The position numbers and the translations under genes are program-made. DNA of 64,000 bases from an uncultured Methanosarcinales archaeon (lineage in GTDB: Archaea; Nanobdellota; Nanobdellia; Woesearchaeales; DSVV01), in assembly GCA_964453185.1 (NCBI GenBank), contig CAYVNN010000002.1:274308-338307 (forward strand). The letters are read 5' to 3'. Positions 19,258 through 28,923 of the stretch are shown in pieces (positions within the stretch are counted from its first letter, which is position 1; each line of letters begins with the position of its first letter). The notes under the pieces are model-generated. The model was not told the origin of the DNA. It searched no databases and saw only the letters and a program-made list of their open reading frames with translations.

Positions 19258-20214
19258 ATGTTTAAAAAAAAGAGAAAAACAACAAAACCTAATTTTAAGA
19301 ACAGAGACATTATTTCTATAAACGATTTATCTAAGCAAGATATTGTTTATGTATTGGAAACAGCGAAGAAGATAGAATCAATGGATATTATAAAGAAATC
19401 AAAACTTTTAAAGAACAAAATAATGGCTTCTTTGTTTTTTGAACCAAGTACAAGAACAAGGCTCAGCTTTGAATCAGCTATGACTCAACTTGGTGGTGAA
19501 ATTATTGGATTTGCAGATCCAAAAGTAAGTTCAGCCACAAAAGGTGAGACAGTCTTTGATACTATCAAGATGTTGGATGTATATTCTAATGTTATTATTA
19601 TGCGGCATCCGTTAGAGGGTGCAGCACGAGTTGCTTCAGAAGCAACAGGTAAACCAGTTATAAATGGAGGAGATGGTGCTAATCAACATCCAACTCAAAC
19701 ATTACTTGATCTTTATAGTATTAAAAAAACACAAGGTAGAATTTCTGGATTAAAAGTAGCATTAGTTGGTGATCTAAAGTATGGAAGAACAGTACATAGT
19801 TTAGCAATTGCTTTAACACATTTTGGATGTAAACAATATTTTGTTTCTCCTTCTATTCTTAAAATGCCAAGTTCAATTTGTGCAGCACTTAAGGATAAAA
19901 ATATTGACTTTAGTCTTCATGAAAAAATTGTAGACATTCTTGATGAAGTTGATATTTTATATATGACGAGAATACAAAAGGAAAGATTTGGTGATCCATT
20001 AGAATATGAAAAGGTAAAAGATGTTTATGTCTTGACAAAAGATATGCTTAAGAATGCAAAAAAGAATTTGAAAGTAATGCATCCATTACCAAGAGTTAAT
20101 GAGATTAGTGTTGATGTTGACACCACACCTCATGCTTATTATTTTCAACAAGCCGCTAATGGAATTCCAATAAGACAAGCATTATTATCATTAACAACAG
20201 GGGTGCTAAAATGA
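19258..20214 (+). CDS. pyrB: Aspartate carbamoyltransferase catalytic subunit
   Basis: The STRTR motif (FFEPSTRTRLSFE), a HPTQ-like motif (ANQHPTQTLLDL) and a C-terminal HPLP motif. Confidence 0.9.
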   Translation: MFKKKRKTTKPNFKNRDIISINDLSKQDIVYVLETAKKIESMDIIKKSKLLKNKIMASLFFEPSTRTRLSFESAMTQLGGEIIGFADPKVSSATKGETVFDTIKMLDVYSNVIIMRHPLEGAARVASEATGKPVINGGDGANQHPTQTLLDLYSIKKTQGRISGLKVALVGDLKYGRTVHSLAIALTHFGCKQYFVSPSILKMPSSICAALKDKNIDFSLHEKIVDILDEVDILYMTRIQKERFGDPLEYEKVKDVYVLTKDMLKNAKKNLKVMHPLPRVNEISVDVDTTPHAYYFQQAANGIPIRQALLSLTTGVLK

Positions 20215-20660
20215 GAGCATACAAAGTTTTTGCAATTGAAAATGGTACAGTTATTGACCATATCAGTAAAGGTTGTGCATTAAAAGTTATTAATATCTTA
20301 AATCTTCAACAATATGATCAAATTGTCACTGTTGGTATTAATCTTGAGAGTAAAAAAGAGGGTAAAAAGGACATTATTAAGATTGAAGACAAGACACTAA
20401 CAAAAAACGAACTTAATAAGATTGCATTAGTTGCACCAGATGCTAGTATTAACATCATCAAAGATCATAAAGTAGTGAAGAAGTTTAAAGTAAATGTACC
20501 TGATGAAATTTTAACAACAATAAAATGCAATAATCCAAAATGTATTACAAACCACCAAGGTGTTGAAACAATCTTTAACAAAGTCTCTGTTTCTCCTCTT
20601 AAACTTAAATGTCATTATTGTGAAAGAATAGTTGAAAACTCAGAAATACATTTAATTTAG
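20211..20660 (+). CDS. pyrI: Aspartate carbamoyltransferase regulatory subunit
   Basis: 149 aa with C-terminal zinc-domain cysteines (CNNPKCITNH...CHYCE). The start overlaps the pyrB stop by 4 nt. Confidence 0.9.
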   Translation: MRAYKVFAIENGTVIDHISKGCALKVINILNLQQYDQIVTVGINLESKKEGKKDIIKIEDKTLTKNELNKIALVAPDASINIIKDHKVVKKFKVNVPDEILTTIKCNNPKCITNHQGVETIFNKVSVSPLKLKCHYCERIVENSEIHLI

Positions 20661-20679
20661 TTTATTGTTAGCACAGTTA

Positions 20680-20817
20680 GCATTTAAACCAGCGCCTTGA
20701 GTCATTATCAAATATCCACATCACATCGCACTAAAAGTCGCAGGCGTTAGTCTTGTTTCACTTTGTACCAGACTCGCCCTGGTTTAAATGCGTACTAAAA
20801 GAGCCGTTGTGGTACTA
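20680..20817 (+). repeat. Structured intergenic repeat, copy R2 (type-1 stem), between pyrI and pyrD
   Basis: Same block order as R1 and 85-90% identical to it. The stem gcatttaaaccag/ctggtttaaatgc is perfect. The tail is agagccgttgtggtacta. Confidence 0.75.
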
Positions 20818-20841
20818 TTTATTATTTTTATGAGGAACTAA

Positions 20842-21756
20842 ATGTTAAAAACAAAATTATTAGGTGTTGAACTAAATAATCCTACTATTTTAGCCTCTGG
20901 TGTTTTGGGAGTGACTTCTGCATCATTATTAAAAATACTAAACCAAGGAGCAGGTGCAGTTACATTAAAATCATTAAGTCTTAAGCCAAGAACAGGACAT
21001 AATAATCCAGTTATTATTACTAATGAAAATTGGATTATGAATGCAGTTGGGTTATCTAATTCTGGAATTAATCATGGCATTGAGATAATTAATGAATTAA
21101 AAAAGAAATCACCAAAACCAGTTATTGCAAGTATATTTGCTTCTTCAATTGAAGAATTTGGATTACTTGCTCAGAAGATTTCTAAGTCATGCCCTGATTT
21201 AGTTGAAGCAAACATTTCATGTCCTAATGTTGAAGACGAGTTTGGTACACCATTCGCAGCAGAAGGTAAAGCAGCAGCTAAGGTTACAAAATTAATTAAA
21301 TCAAAGCTTGGCAAAATTCCGTTGAGTATAAAACTTTCTCCAAATGTATCAAATATTGCATTTATTGCAAAAGAAGTTGAAAAGGCTGGAGCAGATTGTA
21401 TAACTGCATGTAATACTGCAGGTCCTGCAATGTGTATAAATCTTGAAACAGCTAGGCCCATTCTTAAAAATAAGAGAGGGGGACTAAGTGGTCCAGCAAT
21501 TAGACCAATCGTTGTAAGGTGTGTTTATGATATTTATGAGGCAGTTAACATACCAATAATTGCAACAGGCGGAATAACAACAGGTAAGGATGCAATTGAA
21601 ATGATAATGGCTGGAGCAACAGGTATTGGAATTGGTTCAGGTGTTCATTATCGTGGTGTTGATATTTTTAAGAAGATAACTAAAGAAATGGAACAATGGA
21701 TGAAAAAAAATAATTACAAATCATTGGATGAGATAAGAGGGATTGCACATGTGTAA
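20842..21756 (+). CDS. pyrD: Dihydroorotate dehydrogenase (type 1B) catalytic subunit
   Basis: TIM-barrel DHOD motifs: ILASGVLG, NISCPN, GGITTGKDAIEMIMAGATGIGIGS. Confidence 0.85.
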   Translation: MLKTKLLGVELNNPTILASGVLGVTSASLLKILNQGAGAVTLKSLSLKPRTGHNNPVIITNENWIMNAVGLSNSGINHGIEIINELKKKSPKPVIASIFASSIEEFGLLAQKISKSCPDLVEANISCPNVEDEFGTPFAAEGKAAAKVTKLIKSKLGKIPLSIKLSPNVSNIAFIAKEVEKAGADCITACNTAGPAMCINLETARPILKNKRGGLSGPAIRPIVVRCVYDIYEAVNIPIIATGGITTGKDAIEMIMAGATGIGIGSGVHYRGVDIFKKITKEMEQWMKKNNYKSLDEIRGIAHV

Positions 21757-22555
21757 TAATAAACACCTTCCTATTGTGTTAAAGATTGATAAAATTGTTG
21801 AAGAGAGTAGTTTAATTAAAACATTTGTATTTAAGTATTCATTAAAAGCTTCACCTGGACAATTTATTAATGTTTGGCTTCCTGGTTTAGATGAAAAACC
21901 AATGAGTATTAGTTATCAAGATAATAACAGATTTGCATTTAGTGCTGCTGCTGTTGGTCCTTTTACAAAAACTTTACATAAACTAAAACAAGGGGATAAA
22001 TTAGGTATTCGTGGACCATATGGTAATGGGTTTGATGTAAAAGATTACAAAGATATTGTTATTATTGGTGGTGGTTGTGGTTGTGCTCCAATTATGTTTT
22101 TAGCAAATTATGCAAAATTGAAAGGGATTAACCCATTATTGATCATTGGTGCAAAAACAAAAGATGAAATTGCATTTAGAGAAAGAGTTTCAAATGCTTA
22201 TATTAAAACATTGTATTCAACTGATGATGGTAGTTTTGGTTTTAAAGGATTCACAACACAACTATTAGAAAAATTAATCTTAGAAAAAAGAAAGATTGAT
22301 TGTGTGTTTTGTTGTGGCCCAGAAATTATGATGAAAAAAATTGTTGAGTTATGTAATAAGTACAATATTAATTGTCAAGTTTCTTTAGAAAGAATGATGA
22401 AGTGTTCAATTGGTATATGTGGTAGTTGTTGTTTAGATAATACTGGTTGGAGAGTATGTAAAGAAGGACCTGTTTTTGATAAAGAAAAGGTTATTCAAAT
22501 AACTGAGTTTGGGGAATACAAAAGAGATAAATCTGGTTCAAAGGTGTTATTATGA
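21743..22555 (+). CDS. pyrK: Dihydroorotate dehydrogenase electron-transfer subunit
   Basis: FAD/NAD-binding ferredoxin-reductase-like fold with a C-terminal 2Fe-2S cysteine cluster (CSIGICGSCC...C). It overlaps pyrD. Confidence 0.85.
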   Translation: MHMCNNKHLPIVLKIDKIVEESSLIKTFVFKYSLKASPGQFINVWLPGLDEKPMSISYQDNNRFAFSAAAVGPFTKTLHKLKQGDKLGIRGPYGNGFDVKDYKDIVIIGGGCGCAPIMFLANYAKLKGINPLLIIGAKTKDEIAFRERVSNAYIKTLYSTDDGSFGFKGFTTQLLEKLILEKRKIDCVFCCGPEIMMKKIVELCNKYNINCQVSLERMMKCSIGICGSCCLDNTGWRVCKEGPVFDKEKVIQITEFGEYKRDKSGSKVLL

Positions 22556-23724
22556 ATGATTTATTAATTAAGAATTGTAAATTATCTACAAAAGATTTAA
22601 ATGTTATTAGGGATATTTTAATTGTTGATGGTAAAATAAGAAAAATTGGTAAAAATTTGATTAGTAATGTTAAAACATTTGATGTTTGTTATAATCATGT
22701 TATTCCTGGATTAGTTGATTCTCATGTTCATTTCAGAGACTTTGAACAAAAACATAAAGAAGATTGGCTTTCAGGATCAATTGCAGCATTATCTGGAGGA
22801 GTAACAACTGTTATGGATATGCCAAATAATAATCCTTCAATGTTAACTCTTGATTTACTTAAACAAAAAAGAAGATTAGCTAAAAAAACAAAGATTAATT
22901 CTTTCTTTCATTTTGGTTCTAGTAAAGATAATCTTGATGAAATCAGAAAAGCTTCATTAGAACATGATGTTGTTTCTACAAAGATTTACATGAATCATAC
23001 TACTGGGAATTTATTATTAAATAAAGATGAAGATTTAGATCTAATTTTTAGAACAGCCAAAATAATTTCTGTTCATGCTGAAAGTGAAATGCTAAAAAAG
23101 GCAATAAAATTAGCAAAAAAATATCATAATTATCTTTATGTTTGTCATGTTTCTTCAAGACAAGATCTGGATATTGTAAAGAAAGCTAAACAAGAATTAA
23201 AAAATAGAATCTTTTGTGAAGTAACACCTCATCATTTATTTTTAACAGAAAATGAAGAAAAAAAGCAAGGTGTATTTGCTAGGATGATGCCTTCATTAAA
23301 ATCTGGTAGAGATGTTCAGGCTTTATGGAAAGCTATTGCAGATGGTTATGTTGACACTATTGGTACAGACCATGCTCCGCATACTATTGAGGAAAAGAAA
23401 AAAGGAGCATTTGGTGTTCCTGGTGTTGAAACAATACTACCTTTATTATTGGATTCTGTTAACAATGGTGTTTTATCATTAACACAGGTTGTTAGGTTAT
23501 GTTCATCAAATCCAGCAGAGATTTTTGGTTTAAAAAATAAAGGGAAAATTAAACCTGGATATGATGGGGATTTAGTGGTTATTGATATGAATAAAAGAAA
23601 GAAAGTAGAACATTTAAAAACAAAATGTGGATGGAGTCCTTTTACAGGTAAAATATTAAAAGGATGGCCTCTATTAACTATAATAAAAGGGGAGATTTTG
23701 TGGGGGGATACAAGTGTCTTTTGA
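22552..23724 (+). CDS. pyrC: Dihydroorotase
   Basis: Amidohydrolase metal-binding motifs (DSHVHFRD, VHAE, GTDHAPH). Its position in the pyr operon supports the assignment. Confidence 0.75.
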   Translation: MNDLLIKNCKLSTKDLNVIRDILIVDGKIRKIGKNLISNVKTFDVCYNHVIPGLVDSHVHFRDFEQKHKEDWLSGSIAALSGGVTTVMDMPNNNPSMLTLDLLKQKRRLAKKTKINSFFHFGSSKDNLDEIRKASLEHDVVSTKIYMNHTTGNLLLNKDEDLDLIFRTAKIISVHAESEMLKKAIKLAKKYHNYLYVCHVSSRQDLDIVKKAKQELKNRIFCEVTPHHLFLTENEEKKQGVFARMMPSLKSGRDVQALWKAIADGYVDTIGTDHAPHTIEEKKKGAFGVPGVETILPLLLDSVNNGVLSLTQVVRLCSSNPAEIFGLKNKGKIKPGYDGDLVVIDMNKRKKVEHLKTKCGWSPFTGKILKGWPLLTIIKGEILWGDTSVF

Positions 23725-24391
23725 TGTGCATAAATTTGATGAGTTTCTTTTAAGAAATAATGTTGTTGGTTTTTTTGAGAATGAAATAACTTTAGTATCT
23801 GGTAGAAAATCACACTGGTATGCTAATTGTAGGGTTTTACAAGATAATGTTAATAATATTAATAGGTTATCTAAATTTATATTAAATTTTGTTGATGAAA
23901 GAAATCTTAGATTTGACTATTTTTTTGGTGTTCCAGAAGGTGTAACAAAATTAGCAACAGTTCTTAATTATAAAAGAGGGGTTATTAATGTTGACATGGA
24001 ACATAGATTAGTTATTGGCAGAGCAAAACCAAAATTGCATGGTATGCCCAAGGATAAATATTTTGTAGGTGATGTCAGACAAGATGATAGGGTTGTTATG
24101 ATTGAAGATGTTACAACAACAGGTGGATCATTATTAAGATCAATAGATAAGTTAAATGAAGTTGGTTTAAACATTGTTGCAGTGATTGGAATTGTGAACA
24201 GAATGGAAAAAAGGGATGATGGTAAATCAGTTGAACAAGCAATTGCAGCTAAAGGCATTCCTTACTTTTACTTAAGCAATTCATTAAGATTATTGCCAGT
24301 TGTTGCAAGAGATAAAAAGATTGATAAAGATATATTAAACAAAGTAGAACAAGGCTTTGAACAGTATGGTGTTGAGGTTTTAAAATTTTAA
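23714..24391 (+). CDS. pyrE: Orotate phosphoribosyltransferase
   Basis: PRPP-binding motif VVMIEDVTTTGGS and an N-terminal FxLxSGRxS region (ITLVSGRKSHWY). Confidence 0.75.
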   Translation: MSFDVHKFDEFLLRNNVVGFFENEITLVSGRKSHWYANCRVLQDNVNNINRLSKFILNFVDERNLRFDYFFGVPEGVTKLATVLNYKRGVINVDMEHRLVIGRAKPKLHGMPKDKYFVGDVRQDDRVVMIEDVTTTGGSLLRSIDKLNEVGLNIVAVIGIVNRMEKRDDGKSVEQAIAAKGIPYFYLSNSLRLLPVVARDKKIDKDILNKVEQGFEQYGVEVLKF

Positions 24392-24392
24392 A

Positions 24393-25253
24393 ATGGATTT
24401 CATAGAAAAACTAAAACAAAGAACAAAAGAAGTTAATTCCATTGTTTGCATGGGCTTAGATCCAGTTATTGATAAAATTCCTTTTCCTGAAGACGAGAAA
24501 AAAGAATCTCCGGGAAGAGTTATTGCATATTTTTATCTAGACATTCTTGAAGAAATGAAAAAACAAAATGTTTTCCCAGCAATTGTCAAACCAAACATCG
24601 CATTCTATGAACAATATGGTTTTGAAGGATTACATGCTCTAAAACTTATAATTACAAAATATAAAGAAGCAGGTATTCCTATTTTATTAGATGCAAAACG
24701 TGGTGATATTGGAAAAACCTCTAGAGCATATGCAAGAGCATTGTTTGACTTTTGGGATGCAGATGCAATCACAATTGCTCCTTACATGGGTTCAGATTCT
24801 GTTAGTCCATTTTTAGAATATTGTGAACAAGGAAAAGGTGTTTATGTTTTATGTAGAACTTCAAATAAAGGAGCTATTGACATGCAAAATTTAGTTGTTG
24901 GTGATGTTCCAATTTATATGAAAACAGCTGAAAAGATTTCTAATGATTGGTTTAAGCAAGGAATTGGTGCAGTAATTGGTGCAACATATCCTAAGGAGTT
25001 GGAAGAAATCTCTAAGTTTATGCAAAACAAACAAGTTCCGTTTTTAATACCTGGTGTAGGTGCGCAAGGTGGTTCAGCAACAGAAGTTGTTAAAGCATTG
25101 AAGAACTCTGGACAAGACATAAGTATTCATAGAATTAACTCTAGCAGTGGTATAAATTATGCTTATCTTAAGAAAAACACAGACAACTATGCCAAAGCAG
25201 CAGTAGATGCACTGAAAGAGTTAAATGAAGAAATAAATAAAAATTTAATTTAA
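24393..25253 (+). CDS. pyrF: Orotidine 5'-phosphate decarboxylase (long type-2 form)
   Basis: The LDAKRGDIGKTS catalytic Asp/Lys motif and a 286-aa length. It is the last gene of the pyr cluster. Confidence 0.75.
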   Translation: MDFIEKLKQRTKEVNSIVCMGLDPVIDKIPFPEDEKKESPGRVIAYFYLDILEEMKKQNVFPAIVKPNIAFYEQYGFEGLHALKLIITKYKEAGIPILLDAKRGDIGKTSRAYARALFDFWDADAITIAPYMGSDSVSPFLEYCEQGKGVYVLCRTSNKGAIDMQNLVVGDVPIYMKTAEKISNDWFKQGIGAVIGATYPKELEEISKFMQNKQVPFLIPGVGAQGGSATEVVKALKNSGQDISIHRINSSSGINYAYLKKNTDNYAKAAVDALKELNEEINKNLI

Positions 25254-26219
25254 TTCATATGTTGTTTTTACTTTATCCCTCATTTCTCTAACATGTCTTA
25301 AAAATGCAGGTTGCATTCCAGCGTTATCTCTCAAATATTCATCCCATAATTCAACAGCTCTTCTAGCTGTTCCTCTTAAATGTTCTTCACTAGAATCATC
25401 TTTTAGGGCATTAATGTATTCTTGGACATATGTTTTAGTAGATTCCATTTCTCTTTTAGCTTGTTCATTTGCTCTAACTGGGATTGAACCATTTTCTCCA
25501 TACCTTCTTTCTATTTGCTCAACAATTCCTTGAAAATATATACCATACATTGCAATATGTCTTGCATCATCAAAGGAATCTTTGAATGCTTTTTTTATTC
25601 CACCAGCTCGTCCAGTTTTAATTCTAGTATATGTATGTAAAGATGTTTGAGCTAACTTACTTACTATGTTTGCTGCAACTGTTGCATATCTACTTACTGC
25701 TGTTTCAATTGCATGTCCTTCTATTTCTACATAAGGAAGTAAAGCTTTTCTTGGAATTAATTCTCTACATACTGCTTCAGTTTCATCCCCAAATATGAAT
25801 ACTAATTTACTTACTCCTCTTGATAATTCTGTTACTTTAATTGCTCTTCCAATTCTATTATTAATAGCATGAACATTAACTCTTCCATCTCCATCATAAA
25901 ACGAAGAAATTCTTGTTTCTAAAACATCTGCTGATGTTTCAAGAACACTTGTAGCTAATGTTGTCATTGGAACGAGTTCAGCAACAGCACTAGCTTGATA
26001 TTCTGAAACAGTTCCATCAGTAATATTTGGATAAAAACTTAATTTTCTAACAAGGTCATCTCTTATTACTTCTGCTTCAGTATCTCTATCATCTTTTGGC
26101 TTTAATTTTCCAATATATTGTTCCCATAATTTGGTTGATTTACTAAAATCTGTTTCAGCTATAGCTGCTTCTTGTAATTGTGTTTTATTTTTTCCAAATA
26201 ATATATTCCATAATCCCAT
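25245..26219 (-). CDS. Hypothetical protein (324 aa) with atypical composition
   Basis: A long ORF with no recognised motif. It is GC-richer and K-poor. Confidence 0.4.
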   Translation of the reverse strand: MGLWNILFGKNKTQLQEAAIAETDFSKSTKLWEQYIGKLKPKDDRDTEAEVIRDDLVRKLSFYPNITDGTVSEYQASAVAELVPMTTLATSVLETSADVLETRISSFYDGDGRVNVHAINNRIGRAIKVTELSRGVSKLVFIFGDETEAVCRELIPRKALLPYVEIEGHAIETAVSRYATVAANIVSKLAQTSLHTYTRIKTGRAGGIKKAFKDSFDDARHIAMYGIYFQGIVEQIERRYGENGSIPVRANEQAKREMESTKTYVQEYINALKDDSSEEHLRGTARRAVELWDEYLRDNAGMQPAFLRHVREMRDKVKTTYELN

Positions 26220-26327
26220 TTGTATCCCTCATAAGTATTAATATAAATAAGAAATAGAGTTTTATTTATAAACGTTACTACTTTTGCCACTATTTAGTGA
26301 TTTAAAAACAAAAGAAAAATAAAATAA

Positions 26328-26978
26328 TTATTTACCTTCGAACTTTGCCCATCCATCTAAGAATTCTTTAATAGTTGATTCTGTTCTTGGATGATATACA
26401 CTTTTTAATAACAATGGTCCTGGTACTGTTAAGATGTGTGCACCTGATGCCATTGATTTATTCAAATCAGTATTTGTTCTTATACTTCCTAAAATAATTT
26501 CAGTGTCATATCCATGTAAATCAAGCATTGCTCTTAATTCATTTGTAACTTGTTCTGCATCATATCCCATGTCTTCAATTCTTCCCCAGAATAAACTTGC
26601 ATATGTTGCACCTGCTTTTGCAGCTAGAATACATTGTCTTGCATTCATACATACAGTTACATTTGTTTTAATGCCTTCTTTACTTAGTACAGTTACTGCT
26701 TTTAATCCTTCAGGTGTTATAGGTATTTTAATAGCAATATCATCACACCAAGCATTATATTCTCTTGCTTCTCTTATTATTCCTTCAGCATCTTCAGCAA
26801 TAACTTCAACACTAAGTGGTCCTTTAACAATTTGTCTTATTTCTAAGATTCTTTGTTTAAAATTACAATCCTTTTCTTTCGCTACAATCAATGGATTGGT
26901 TGTTACACCATCAATAATTCCCCATGTAGCTAATTCTCTAAGTTCTTCTAAGTTTGCGGTATCTGCAAATATTTTCAT
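26328..26978 (-). CDS. Transaldolase / fructose-6-phosphate aldolase (MipB/TalC subfamily)
   Basis: MKIFADTANLEEL N-terminus, an active-site Lys region (KIPITPEGLKA), and 216 aa. Confidence 0.8.
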   Translation of the reverse strand: MKIFADTANLEELRELATWGIIDGVTTNPLIVAKEKDCNFKQRILEIRQIVKGPLSVEVIAEDAEGIIREAREYNAWCDDIAIKIPITPEGLKAVTVLSKEGIKTNVTVCMNARQCILAAKAGATYASLFWGRIEDMGYDAEQVTNELRAMLDLHGYDTEIILGSIRTNTDLNKSMASGAHILTVPGPLLLKSVYHPRTESTIKEFLDGWAKFEGK

Positions 26979-27010
26979 TTTATCCCTCCAATTTAATTAA
27001 TGCCATTAAT

Positions 27011-27117
27011 AATAGTGCCACCGCCTTGGCTCACTATCGGAATTATTTTCCAATAGCGACAAATGCTCGGATTCGTTCATCATATATTTGTATTGAATCA
27101 GAGCCGCTGTGGTACTA
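27011..27117 (+). repeat. Structured intergenic repeat, copy R6 (type-3 stem agtgccaccgcc/gccgctgtggtact; inner stem GGCTC/GAGCC)
   Basis: Block B is conserved (CGCCTTGGCTCACTATC). The 3' arm is cAGAGCCGC-tgtggtactatta, and both stems show compensatory changes relative to R1-R3. Confidence 0.65.
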
Positions 27118-27771
27118 TTATTTCACTACAGTATCTGATATTTCATTATCAAATACTTCCATTTCACCTTTATAGTTTTTAATTAATTCTTTCAACCTAA
27201 ATATAATTAAATGTTGAATATCACAATGGAATCCTTCTACTAATGGTGTTGAATCTTTTGGAACAATTATACATGCATCTGCTATTTCTTTGAATGCACC
27301 ACCATCAAATCCAGACATTCCTATAACTTGTCCACCTTTGTCTTTTATGAATTGCATTGCTTTTGTCAAGTTCTGACTCCATGGTCCACCTTTGTCTCTT
27401 CCTTTTCCACCATGTACACTTATAGCAATTCCAATATCTCCTGGCTGACAAAAGTTTTCTAATTGTCCAACATAAACATTTTCCCACCCTGAATCATTTA
27501 TCCATGCAGTTACTAATGGAACATTATCAAACAATGAGATTCCTTTGAATCTTCTTTTTCCTTCAATGATTGTTGTTTTTGTTAAGTCTGCTGCAAAATG
27601 TGTTGCAGTTGACGCACTTCCACCATTTCCAAACAAGAAAATTTGTTTATCATTTTTCCAAGCTTCAAATAAAATATTAATTGCTTTATCAATTTCATTC
27701 TTATCAATTGTTTCTGTAATATTAACAACTTCTTTCATATAATTTTCAATATATCCTATGTTATTTACCAT
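27118..27771 (-). CDS. gmhA: SIS-domain D-sedoheptulose-7-phosphate isomerase
   Basis: GNGGSASTATHFAADL is a GmhA-like SIS motif. The protein is 217 aa and sits next to heptose kinase, phosphatase and nucleotidyltransferase genes. Confidence 0.7.
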   Translation of the reverse strand: MVNNIGYIENYMKEVVNITETIDKNEIDKAINILFEAWKNDKQIFLFGNGGSASTATHFAADLTKTTIIEGKRRFKGISLFDNVPLVTAWINDSGWENVYVGQLENFCQPGDIGIAISVHGGKGRDKGGPWSQNLTKAMQFIKDKGGQVIGMSGFDGGAFKEIADACIIVPKDSTPLVEGFHCDIQHLIIFRLKELIKNYKGEMEVFDNEISDTVVK

Positions 27772-27782
27772 TTTAATTCCTC

Positions 27783-28790
27783 CTAAAACATATCTCCTTT
27801 GAATAATACTCTTGATCCATCAAAATCAAATTCAATAGGTGTATAGACTAATCCTTCTTTTTCAAATAACTCTTTGATTCTTTCATGGTTAGATTCTGCA
27901 TATAACATTAAGAACCCTCCTCCTCCAGCACCAATTATCTTTCCACCTAATGCACCATTTGCTAATGCCATTGTGTACCATTCATTGATTTTTTGATTAG
28001 ACATTTTGCTAGAAATTCCTCTCTTTAATTCCCAATGGATATTCATCCATTCTCCAAATCTTCTTAGGTTTCCTGTTTCTAAAGCTTTTTTACTTTCATC
28101 TCCTATTTTTTTAATTTCATGATAATAATCAAAGATATCTTTTTCACTTCTTTCTTCCTTTTTCTCTTCAGATTTATCTTTTTGATCTTTTAATACAGGA
28201 TCTGCACTTCTTCTGAATCCAGTATAAAACATCATTAAGTTTTTCTGTAGTTTTTTAATATCTTCAAAACTCATGTTTAATGGAGAAGCTGTAACTCTTC
28301 CTGATTGAGAAATTTTGAAATGATTAATGTTTCCAAATGCACATGCATATTGATCTTGTTTACCGCAATGTTCTTTTAGAATTTCCATTGTGATCTTTGA
28401 TGTATCTTCTGCTAATTTGTACTTGGAAACAATTTCTCCTTTGTAATAATATAATGCATTAAGTAACCCTACTAAGAATGAACCTGATGAACCAAGTCCT
28501 GTTCCAGATGGTATTTCAGCCATTGAATGAATCTCAATTCCGCCAGTAATACCAACTAATTTTAATGCTTCCCTAATCAAAGGGTGTTGTATTTCATCTA
28601 CTGTGTTTACTATTTCTGTTTTGGAGTAATTAAGTTTAATATCTCCTTGTACTCTGTCTCCAACCATAATGTAGATATACTTCTTTATTGCTCCTGAAAG
28701 CAAGGAAGCTCCAAATTTGTCTGCATAGAAGGGAAGGTCAGTGCCTCCGCCCCCCATGGATATTCTCAAAGGTGTTCTTGTAACAATCAT
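27783..28790 (-). CDS. hddA: GHMP kinase, D-glycero-alpha-D-manno-heptose 7-phosphate kinase (HddA-like)
   Basis: The N-terminal RTPLRISMGGGGTD motif is diagnostic of HddA/fucokinase-type GHMP kinases. The ATP-binding loop PSGTGLGSSGS is present. Confidence 0.7.
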   Translation of the reverse strand: MIVTRTPLRISMGGGGTDLPFYADKFGASLLSGAIKKYIYIMVGDRVQGDIKLNYSKTEIVNTVDEIQHPLIREALKLVGITGGIEIHSMAEIPSGTGLGSSGSFLVGLLNALYYYKGEIVSKYKLAEDTSKITMEILKEHCGKQDQYACAFGNINHFKISQSGRVTASPLNMSFEDIKKLQKNLMMFYTGFRRSADPVLKDQKDKSEEKKEERSEKDIFDYYHEIKKIGDESKKALETGNLRRFGEWMNIHWELKRGISSKMSNQKINEWYTMALANGALGGKIIGAGGGGFLMLYAESNHERIKELFEKEGLVYTPIEFDFDGSRVLFKGDMF

Positions 28791-28923
28791 TGTAATTTCT
28801 TTCAGAAATTTACTCCTATATAAAGCTTTCGCAGAAAGGTTTAAAAAGGGGAAATGTTTATTACTTAGTTTAAGTGTAATTATGTCGGAATGTTTATATA
28901 TATCAATTATTTGGAAGTTTGAT

